From contig JAEDHK010000007.1 in NCBI GenBank assembly GCA_016297005.1, positions 27,465 through 91,464 of the forward strand: a DNA stretch of 64,000 nt. Direction: 5' to 3'. Origin of the DNA: Clostridia bacterium (lineage in GTDB: Bacteria > Bacillota > Clostridia > Christensenellales > DTU072). Made by a program: the position numbers and the translations under genes. This document shows, one piece after another, positions 1 through 7,151 of the stretch (the stretch's first letter is position 1; every line of letters starts with the position of its first letter). The notes under the pieces were generated by a model. It was not told where the DNA came from, ran no database searches, and worked only from the letters and a program-made list of their open reading frames with translations.

Positions 1-2
1 AA

Positions 3-389
3 GAAAGCGAAGAAGGATGGGAGGGCGTCCTTTCTCCGGAAAGCGCGGCCATTATCGCCCTGCTCCACGATCTCTGCAAAGTCAATATGTACAAGGTCGA
101 TTATCGCAATGTCAAAGTGAACGGCGAATGGGTGCAAAAGCCCTACTATACCACCGAAGACGACCTGCCGTACGGCCACGGAGAAAAGTCTGTCTATATG
201 ATCGGCGGTTTTATGCGTTTATCGCGGGAAGAAGCCATGGCCATCAACTGGCACATGGGCGCTTACGATCTACGCGTGCAAGGCGGAAGCTATGCGCTCA
301 GCGACGCATACTATAAGTTCCCCACGGCTCTTCTCTTTCACATTGCGGACGTACAAACCACTTACCTCGACGAAACCATCGAAAAATAA
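3..389 (+). CDS. HD-domain phosphohydrolase, C-terminal part (5' end outside the window)
   Basis: Frame 3 is open from the window edge. The translation reads ...AAIIALLHDLCKVNMYKV...PYGHGEKS...LFHIADVQ. It has an HD motif and an HD-superfamily-like C-terminus. The 17..316 ORF is the wrong frame. Confidence 0.55.
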   Translation, partial: ESEEGWEGVLSPESAAIIALLHDLCKVNMYKVDYRNVKVNGEWVQKPYYTTEDDLPYGHGEKSVYMIGGFMRLSREEAMAINWHMGAYDLRVQGGSYALSDAYYKFPTALLFHIADVQTTYLDETIEK

Positions 390-454
390 TCCTTTTAGGA
401 AAAAGAAACCTTTACGTCCGTTGTCGTGCCGAAAAGAAATAACCCTTTAAAAAA

Positions 455-489
455 GGCCGGGGAAGCAATTCCTCGGCCCGTTTTGTTTT
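455..489. terminator. Bidirectional rho-independent terminator between the HD gene and parB
   Basis: Stem GGCCGGGGA/TCCTCGGCC (455-478, one mismatch). It is flanked by an A-run upstream and by TTTTGTTTT downstream. Confidence 0.55.
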
Positions 490-500
490 ACCTTTATAAT

Positions 501-1376
501 TTATTTTTTTAAACTCTCAATGATATCGTAAATACGTTGCAGATCGTCGTTGGAAAAATAGTCGATACAAATTCTTCCTTTCGTTTCATTGCCCATCAGT
601 TTGACTTTGGTGGAGAACACGCGCGTCATATCGTTAACGAATTCTCTCATTTCCACCGTCATCTTGGCGCGGACTCTTTCCGTCATGCGGGAGGGCTTCG
701 TTTCCGGTTTGAAATAATACTTGACTTGTTTTTCGATCTCGCGGACGCTCCAACCTTCGTTTACGCATTCGGTTGCCATTCTGATCTGCGCCAAAGGATC
801 GACGACAGGCAGCAAGGCGCGCGCGTGCCCCGCGCTCAATTTGCCGCTTTTTACCAATTCTTTCACTTCGTTGGTCAGATTTAATAAGCGAAGCGTATTG
901 GCAAGGGCCGAGCGGGACTTTCCTAATTTTTGCGCAATCTCGTCCTGCGTCAGGCCATGCGCCGTCATGAGTTCTTTTATCGCTTCCGCTTCTTCGATGG
1001 CATTCAAATCTTCTCGTTGAAGATTTTCGATCAGACTGATCTCCTTAACTTGCAGATCGTCGTAATTTTTAATGATGACGGGTATTTCCGTAAGATCGGC
1101 CATAATGGCGGCACGATAGCGTCTTTCTCCGGCAATAATAACGTATTTCTCGTCCTCTTTACGAACCACGACGGGCTGAATGATACCGTTACTGCGGATG
1201 GATTGCGAAAGCTCGATCAAACTCTCGTTATTAAAACTTTTTCGGGGTTGGTCGGGATTCGGCCGGATCATCTCCACAGCCACTTTATAAACTTTTTCGT
1301 CCGCCTTTACTTCGTCCCGAACATCTTCGATGTTTGCAAGCAAAGCTCCCAATCCGCGTTTGAGTTGTTTCGCCAT
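501..1376 (-). CDS. parB: ParB/Spo0J chromosome partitioning protein
   Basis: N-terminus MAKQLKRGLGALL, ParB box IIAGERRYRAA, an HTH, and a Spo0J-like C-terminus KGRICIDYFSNDDL. An AGGTGG SD lies 5 nt upstream of the ATG at 1376. Confidence 0.9.
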   Translation of the reverse strand: MAKQLKRGLGALLANIEDVRDEVKADEKVYKVAVEMIRPNPDQPRKSFNNESLIELSQSIRSNGIIQPVVVRKEDEKYVIIAGERRYRAAIMADLTEIPVIIKNYDDLQVKEISLIENLQREDLNAIEEAEAIKELMTAHGLTQDEIAQKLGKSRSALANTLRLLNLTNEVKELVKSGKLSAGHARALLPVVDPLAQIRMATECVNEGWSVREIEKQVKYYFKPETKPSRMTERVRAKMTVEMREFVNDMTRVFSTKVKLMGNETKGRICIDYFSNDDLQRIYDIIESLKK

Positions 1377-1438
1377 GATAACCACCTGTTTTTATTTTGT
1401 ACAATAATTATATCATGCGTATTTTTTTTTGTAAACCC

Positions 1439-2125
1439 TCACAACGGCGAAATTCTTGGTTTATTTTGTAGCCTGGGATACCTATCCGGAGTTTTGGACG
1501 CTTTTTCAAACACAAGCACGGTCCGTTTATCGCCGTACAGAAGAAATTCTTCCCGGCAAAGCAGTTTTCCGCCGAGAATACGTAAAGCGCGTTCTGATTG
1601 CGTCAGTTCTTCTTCCGCGTTTCCTTTATAAGCGACGAAAACGCCCCCGACGCGCACCAAAGGCAGGACGCATTCGAGCAAGGTCGGCAAAGGGGCAACC
1701 GCGCGAGCTACCGCCGCGTCGAACTTTTCCCGATACGTTTTCGCGCCTTCCTCCGCGCGCATATGTACGGGCGTTACGTCGGACAGACCCATCTTTTCGG
1801 TCAAAGACTGCAAAAAGACGATTCTTTTATTCAGACTGTCCATCAACGTGAATTTCAGATCCGGACGAACGATCTTAATCGGTACGGCAGGAAATCCGGC
1901 TCCGCTTCCTACGTCTACGACGGTCGCGTTGCGCGGCAAAAACTTCTCGCCCAAAACGCTGTCCAAAAAATGCTTGACGGCGATCTCCCGATCGTCGGTT
2001 ATCGCCGTAAGATTAACTTTTTCGTTATACTCTTTCAGATATTCACGGTAGAGGACAAACAGATTTTCCTGTTCGACCGTAAGGCTTTTTCCTGCTTCCG
2101 AAAAGATTTTTGCAACGTCGTTCAT
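1439..2125 (-). CDS. rsmG: 16S rRNA (guanine527-N7)-methyltransferase RsmG/GidB
   Basis: SAM-binding motif VVDVGSGAGFPAVP and a GidB-like length. ATG 2125 immediately follows the upstream stop at 2128-2130. Confidence 0.9.
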   Translation of the reverse strand: MNDVAKIFSEAGKSLTVEQENLFVLYREYLKEYNEKVNLTAITDDREIAVKHFLDSVLGEKFLPRNATVVDVGSGAGFPAVPIKIVRPDLKFTLMDSLNKRIVFLQSLTEKMGLSDVTPVHMRAEEGAKTYREKFDAAVARAVAPLPTLLECVLPLVRVGGVFVAYKGNAEEELTQSERALRILGGKLLCREEFLLYGDKRTVLVFEKASKTPDRYPRLQNKPRISPL

Positions 2126-2127
2126 TA

Positions 2128-3696
2128 TCAGCTCACTTCGTTGATACATTCTTCCGTCATGACGAAATCAGCCGTTCCGCGGATGGTATCCTGACCTTCC
2201 GTACGATCGTACGTTATCGTGAGGGTATCTCCCGTACGCATCGTCAGCATCAGATCGACGATGATGAAAGAACGGTCCACTTCGTGTTCTTCATAGACGC
2301 TCTCCGGATCTCCGACGTGGTGGATCTTTACCGAAACAAGAACGTCCCCTGCTTTTAATTTTCCATCGGAAAGACTTCCCGAAGATATTTCCACAACCTT
2401 AATTTTTTCTTTTATTTTTACCTTTCCTGTACTCGCGTCCATCACGGCGCTACTCTGGCAGGAAGAAATGGTAATGCCGAGCATACATTTACGAACGTCG
2501 GCATTCTTATTCGCGCTATCTTTATAATAAAGAATATTTTCCACAATATACTTCACAACGTTGGAGGGGAGCGCATATCCGATGTTTTCTACGTTAATAA
2601 CGGTAGATTTCGCGTTGACAATACCAATTATTTTGCCTTCGTCATCGAACAAGCCGCCGCCGCTGTTTCCGGAGTTAATGGCTGCGTCGACGCGCATAAC
2701 GCGGAAAGAAGCGTATTCTCCGCTGTTGTCCAACAGCTCCATGACGAGGTTTTCGCTGTCCACGCTGACGACGCCCTTGGTTACGGAAATGCCCTTACTT
2801 TTGGCGTTGCCCACCGCATAGGCGGCCTGTCCCGCAACAACCTCGTTACTGTCGGCAAAGTCGACCGCCACCGCATTACTGTTCTTTAAAATCTCGCTGT
2901 TCTCTACGTACAAAACGGCAATATCGTAATGTTGAGACCCCCCGACGTAGGTCGCTTCGATTCCCATGCCGCGATAGTCCGGCACTCCGGTCAGGTTTTC
3001 TTGCTCGACAAAATCGTCCGTGTAGAACTCGGTGCCTTTTACCTCGCTGCCATACAGATAAACAAGAATATCGTCGCTGATTCCCTGTTGACTGGCCACG
3101 TTGTATACAAGATGATAGTTTGTTACGATATACGCGCTGCCTTCCTCTTTATTGATGGAGTAGATTGCACCGCTTCCGGCCGTCATGGCGATCTGCGTTC
3201 CCGTCTGGTAACCGCCGCTTCTATAGGTAAAAGACGTATTTTGCACGTCAAAACGGCAGTATACGGACACCGTGCCGAACAACGCGTTTTTCGATACTCC
3301 CGTTTCTTTACTGACGCTGAAATAATCTTCCAAAAAGTCGAAATACGATCCGGTATAACCTTTCTTCTGCGCTTCCGCGTAGAGATCGCCGGCGGTAATG
3401 GACGCGTCTTTACCGTTCATTCCGTCGTTTCCTTTTAAGTATTCGAGCCACTCTTTTTCCGTTCCGGAAAACCCGTTTCTGACGGCGATATCATAGGCGG
3501 ATTCTCCTTTGATGCATTTTAAAAAGTCATCCATCGTCCCTTCGAATCCATTCTCCACCGCCAACGCGTAACATGCGTCGAGAGAGACGTCTCCGCCGGA
3601 AGTCTTTTTTTCGCCGCTCTCTCCGCACGCCGCCAATGTTAGCAGCATCAGCATCATCGTTGCGACCGTAGCAATGATAAGTAGCTTCTTTTTCAT
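2128..3696 (-). CDS. Lipoprotein with three N-terminal helical repeats, a trypsin-like serine protease domain and a PDZ-like C-terminus
   Basis: Signal peptide with lipobox LAAC. Triad context: TNYHLVY (His), YDIAVLYV (Asp), GNSGGGLFD (Ser). C-terminal LKAGDVLVSV looks PDZ-like. GGAGG SD present. Confidence 0.8.
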   Translation of the reverse strand: MKKKLLIIATVATMMLMLLTLAACGESGEKKTSGGDVSLDACYALAVENGFEGTMDDFLKCIKGESAYDIAVRNGFSGTEKEWLEYLKGNDGMNGKDASITAGDLYAEAQKKGYTGSYFDFLEDYFSVSKETGVSKNALFGTVSVYCRFDVQNTSFTYRSGGYQTGTQIAMTAGSGAIYSINKEEGSAYIVTNYHLVYNVASQQGISDDILVYLYGSEVKGTEFYTDDFVEQENLTGVPDYRGMGIEATYVGGSQHYDIAVLYVENSEILKNSNAVAVDFADSNEVVAGQAAYAVGNAKSKGISVTKGVVSVDSENLVMELLDNSGEYASFRVMRVDAAINSGNSGGGLFDDEGKIIGIVNAKSTVINVENIGYALPSNVVKYIVENILYYKDSANKNADVRKCMLGITISSCQSSAVMDASTGKVKIKEKIKVVEISSGSLSDGKLKAGDVLVSVKIHHVGDPESVYEEHEVDRSFIIVDLMLTMRTGDTLTITYDRTEGQDTIRGTADFVMTEECINEVS

Positions 3697-3806
3697 GTAT
3701 CCTCCGAGGTTCTTTTTCCTTATTCTATATATAGTATTGCCCTTTACTTAAACACATATTTAAATACTATTATATATGTGCGCCGCGGGCAGAAGAATTT
3801 TCGCTC

Positions 3807-5330
3807 TCAGCCGATTTCGACAATACATTCTTCCGTCATCAAAAACTGTGCCGATTCTTCTTCGCCGTCACGGGAATAGGTCACGGTTACCTTATCGCCC
3901 ACGCGCATGGTCAGCATCAGATCAACGATGATAAAAGAGCGATCGATGACGTATTCTTCCGTTGTTCCGCCTATCCGTTCAACGGACAAAGTAAGCAGAA
4001 CGTCCCCTGCTTGCAATTCCCCGTCGGCAAGACTGTCTGCCGTTACTTCGGACACGACGACTTTCTCTTTAATCTTAGCCCGCCCGTCTTCGGTACGAAT
4101 GGCGCTGCTTTCTTCCACGCCCACGTTAATACCAAGAAGGCACTTACGTACGTCGAAAGATTTATTTACGTCGTCTTTATAATAGAGAATGTTTTCTACA
4201 ATGTATTTTACCACGTTTGACGGCAAAGCATAACCCATACTCTCCACGTTTTGTTCGACCGTACGCGCATTGACGATACCGAGCAACTTCCCGTCCGAAC
4301 CAAACAGTCCCCCGCCGCTGTTGCCCGAATTGATCGCCGTATCGATGCGCATTACGCGGAAAGTCGCATAACTGCTCTCATCGGCCGCCACAAGGGTTAT
4401 CTTTTCGCTGTCGACGCTGATGACGCCTTTGGTTACGGAAATGCCTTTCGCCTCCGCATTGCCTACGGCATAGGCCACCTGCCCGACGCCGATCTCGTTA
4501 CTATCGGCAAAAGTAACGGCCTGAACGTCAGCGCTCTTCAATCTGTCGCTCTGAATTTTCAGAACGGCAATGTCGTAATACATAGAGCCACCCACGTAGG
4601 TCGCCATGATGCCCATGCCCTCTTCGCTTACGGCGCTATCTCCGAATAACTCTTGCGTATAGAATTCGCTCCCGACGATCTCGCTGCCGTATAAGCTCAC
4701 GCAGATATGATCGCTGATGCCGGTGGTACTGCTTGAATTATAAACGACGTGGTAATTTGTGATGACGTAAGCTTCTCCCGTGTCTCTGTTAATACTGTAA
4801 AAAACGCCGCTTCCCGCCGAGGTGGTAGTTACTTCCTGTATTTCATAGTAAAAAAAGTTTCCTACACGCTGTTCCACAATAAAAGAGCAGATGATCGACA
4901 CCGAAGAAAACAGGTTGTCTCTGTTCAGGCCCGTTTCGCCGTTTAACGTCAGATATTGTGCCAGGAATTCGTAAAACGTGCCGCTGAAATCTTTTTCCGC
5001 CGCTTCTTCATAAACGTCGTACACGGTCATATGCGCGTCTTGTCCGTCTATACCGTTGTCTCCTTTCTCTCCTTTAAGCGACAAAAGCCATTCCGCTTCC
5101 GTCCCTTCAAAACCGTTCTTTACGGCAATATCATAAGCCGATTCTCCTTTCAACGTCGCCAAAAAATCAGCGAGCGTACCTTCGTATCCGTATGCCACCG
5201 CTTGCGAATACAGTTCTTCCGCCGAATTCGATTGTTCCTCCGTTTCCGTATTCGTATTATTGCACGCGACGAGCATGAGCATACAAATAACGACAAGAAA
5301 CGCGCCGGTTATGACAGTCTTTTTTTTCAT
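3807..5330 (-). CDS. Paralogous lipoprotein trypsin-like serine protease (tandem duplicate of 2128..3696)
   Basis: Lipobox LVAC, TNYHVVY, YDIAVLKI, GNSGGGLFG. The C-terminal block DRSFIIVDLMLTMR is identical to its neighbour. GGGAGGG SD present. Confidence 0.8.
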   Translation of the reverse strand: MKKKTVITGAFLVVICMLMLVACNNTNTETEEQSNSAEELYSQAVAYGYEGTLADFLATLKGESAYDIAVKNGFEGTEAEWLLSLKGEKGDNGIDGQDAHMTVYDVYEEAAEKDFSGTFYEFLAQYLTLNGETGLNRDNLFSSVSIICSFIVEQRVGNFFYYEIQEVTTTSAGSGVFYSINRDTGEAYVITNYHVVYNSSSTTGISDHICVSLYGSEIVGSEFYTQELFGDSAVSEEGMGIMATYVGGSMYYDIAVLKIQSDRLKSADVQAVTFADSNEIGVGQVAYAVGNAEAKGISVTKGVISVDSEKITLVAADESSYATFRVMRIDTAINSGNSGGGLFGSDGKLLGIVNARTVEQNVESMGYALPSNVVKYIVENILYYKDDVNKSFDVRKCLLGINVGVEESSAIRTEDGRAKIKEKVVVSEVTADSLADGELQAGDVLLTLSVERIGGTTEEYVIDRSFIIVDLMLTMRVGDKVTVTYSRDGEEESAQFLMTEECIVEIG

Positions 5331-5404
5331 ACGAAAATCCCTCCCGTACTATTTTTGTACACATTATAATACCGTTTCTTAAAAAAAAACTAAAAAAACA
5401 GATA

Positions 5405-5995
5405 TTATTTTTTACTAAACGCGCAACCGCAAAAGTTCTGGCGATACAGATCGTATTCCCGACATAATTCTCCGCTTCGGACGTTCCCTCCCCGCTTTTT
5501 GAAATCGGAGCAAAGATATTCCGGTCCGCCCTCCCTTTGCAAGGATAAGCCGATCGCGTTGAGTAGTTCGGCGTTTTTCAGTGGCGACAAAGTAAGCGTA
5601 GTTGCAAAAAAGTCGCACCCCTCTTCTTTCGCTTTCTTTTCGGTCTCCGCAAGGCGCAAACGGTAACACTTTTCGCACCTGGGGCCCCTTTCGGGCGCTT
5701 CTTCCAAACCTCTTGCTTCCCGCAAGAATTCTTCCGGATCGTAAGACGCCACGATCAACCTCGTTTCAGGCGCGTAAAGAGACAAAAATCGTTCCAACTC
5801 CCCAGCGCGCTTATCGTATTCTTCCCGAGTGGAAATATTGGGATTGTAAAAAAAGATCGTCACGTCGAAGTGCGTCAATAACCGATCGACGCATCCGCTT
5901 GCACAGGGGGCGCAACAGGCGTGCAGGAGCAGTTTTTTTTCGTCTCCCTTTTCCGCAATCTGTCTTTCCATGACCAAATCGTAATTCTGTTTCAT
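5405..5995 (-). CDS. queH: Epoxyqueuosine reductase QueH (DUF208)
   Basis: LLLHACCAPCASGC, FFYNPNI, CEKCYRLRL and NFCGCAFS blocks. I start it at MKQNYDL because the upstream M in the track is a TTG. Confidence 0.85.
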   Translation of the reverse strand: MKQNYDLVMERQIAEKGDEKKLLLHACCAPCASGCVDRLLTHFDVTIFFYNPNISTREEYDKRAGELERFLSLYAPETRLIVASYDPEEFLREARGLEEAPERGPRCEKCYRLRLAETEKKAKEEGCDFFATTLTLSPLKNAELLNAIGLSLQREGGPEYLCSDFKKRGGNVRSGELCREYDLYRQNFCGCAFSKK

Positions 5996-6054
5996 GTTTC
6001 CTATTTTAGCAAAATTTCGACTAAAAAACAACTCTTTAAAAAAAGAAGAGAATG

Positions 6055-6270
6055 TTACTTCCCTTCTTTACAATTTATTTGATGTCCAATCAACTCGTCT
6101 ATTGAAAGACCAAAAACATCCGCCAATGCGACACATTGACAGATATTGGGGATCCCTTTATCCAATTCTATCCAGCTAATGGTATTCTGTGGCAAACCCG
6201 TAAGTTTAGAAACCTGCGTTTGCGTCATACCGCTTGATATTCTTGCATCTCTGATTTCTTTTCCGTACAT
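6055..6270 (-). CDS. XRE-family helix-turn-helix transcriptional regulator
   Basis: 71 aa with an HTH_3 core MTQTQVSKLTGLPQNTISWIE. It is divergent from the 6363 gene. No SD is visible. Confidence 0.8.
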   Translation of the reverse strand: MYGKEIRDARISSGMTQTQVSKLTGLPQNTISWIELDKGIPNICQCVALADVFGLSIDELIGHQINCKEGK

Positions 6271-6282
6271 CAACTATAGTTT

Positions 6283-6296
6283 AGCAATATATTGCT
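6283..6296. promoter_or_regulatory. Perfect 14-bp palindromic operator candidate AGCAATATATTGCT
   Basis: Read directly. A second copy with one mismatch (AGCAATATCTTGCT) at 6313-6326 lies inside the spacer of the divergent promoter. Confidence 0.55.
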
Positions 6297-6305
6297 TCGC
6301 CAGTC

Positions 6306-6334
6306 TTGACTTAGCAATATCTTGCTGATATAAT
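6306..6334 (+). promoter_or_regulatory. Near-consensus sigma-70-type promoter TTGACT-17-TATAAT for the 6363 gene
   Basis: TTGACT at 6306-6311, a 17-nt spacer containing the operator copy, and TATAAT at 6329-6334. The AAGGAAAGGAG SD and ATG 6363 follow. Confidence 0.6.
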
Positions 6335-6362
6335 TATTTTGAAACTAAGGAAAGGAGTGATA

Positions 6363-6854
6363 ATGATGAGATACGACGATGATTATTCTTGGAAATATGA
6401 AAAAAAGGATGAAGATATCAATACCATATACAAATGCAATGATGAACCCGAAAACACGCCTCCTCAAAAACCCTTTTTAAAAATAAATAAAAAAACGACC
6501 CTTGTTGTCGTTGCTATTATAGTTTTTATTTTACTTTGCGTTTTTTTAATTCCCACGGGACCAAATGTTGTCGGAACATATTATGGGGCCGATTTTTTTT
6601 ATGACGATGTAACGCTTAAAACATATTATTTACAAATTATACTACGATTGGATAAAAATAAGGACTTCAAAATGACTTTGATTATGCCCTACGAAGCTAA
6701 TGAACCCTCTTATGTCTTGGGTAAATATACTGTCAATGATAATACAATTACTTTAATAACGGGTGCAACACAATCAAAAATTATATATAAATATAATGCA
6801 TCGAATAAATCTTTAAAAACGACTGTAAATGATATTGTTTTGTATAAACAATAA
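6363..6854 (+). CDS. Hypothetical single-pass membrane protein (163 aa), low GC and foreign codon usage
   Basis: Good SD. One TM helix (TLVVVAIIVFILLCVFLI) followed by a beta-rich ectodomain. It has 8 TTA/CTA/TCA codons in 163, against roughly 0.5% in neighbouring genes. Confidence 0.6.
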   Translation: MMRYDDDYSWKYEKKDEDINTIYKCNDEPENTPPQKPFLKINKKTTLVVVAIIVFILLCVFLIPTGPNVVGTYYGADFFYDDVTLKTYYLQIILRLDKNKDFKMTLIMPYEANEPSYVLGKYTVNDNTITLITGATQSKIIYKYNASNKSLKTTVNDIVLYKQ

Positions 6855-6908
6855 AAACGTAAATTCCTTTTAAGCTTACAAATTATTTATTCACATCTAC
6901 AATAATTT

Positions 6909-6932
6909 GGCGCAAGGAAAATTCCTTGCGCC
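6909..6932. terminator. Hairpin terminator between the convergent 6363 gene and the feo operon
   Basis: GGCGCAAGGAA-AA-TTCCTTGCGCC, followed by GTACGTTTTTATT on the + strand. Confidence 0.5.
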
Positions 6933-6940
6933 GTACGTTT

Positions 6941-7150
6941 TTATTGCTTTTCAATAAACTTCTTTACGTCCTCGGCCGTACGGACGCACCCGTGACAGCT
7001 TTGACAATGCCCACCGCAAGAACCGCCGCAATCGCAACAGGCGACGCTACCATTCTTTTTATTTTTCCTTTTTTTGACAACGGAACCGATGATTACGCCG
7101 ACGACGAAAAGAACACAACTTACGATTAATACGATTTCTGACGGAGACAC
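6941..7150 (-). CDS. FeoB-associated Cys-rich membrane protein
   Basis: One TM helix followed by CCDCGGSCGGHCQSCHGC. GTG start with an AGAGGAAA SD, one nt after the feoB stop. Confidence 0.75.
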   Translation of the reverse strand: MSPSEIVLIVSCVLFVVGVIIGSVVKKRKNKKNGSVACCDCGGSCGGHCQSCHGCVRTAEDVKKFIEKQ

Positions 7151-7151
7151 T

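Noticed and set aside
17-316. 99-aa ORF at the window start.
   Set aside because: It is an alternative frame of the HD-domain gene. Frame 3 carries the HD motif and is open to the window edge.
6273-6288. 16-mer ACTATAGTTTAGCAAT resembles ACTGTAGTTTAGCGAT at 17953-17968 (14/16), suggesting a dispersed repeat.
   Set aside because: A rough estimate gives thousands of chance 14/16 matches between 16-mers in 64 kb on both strands. No further flanking similarity was seen.
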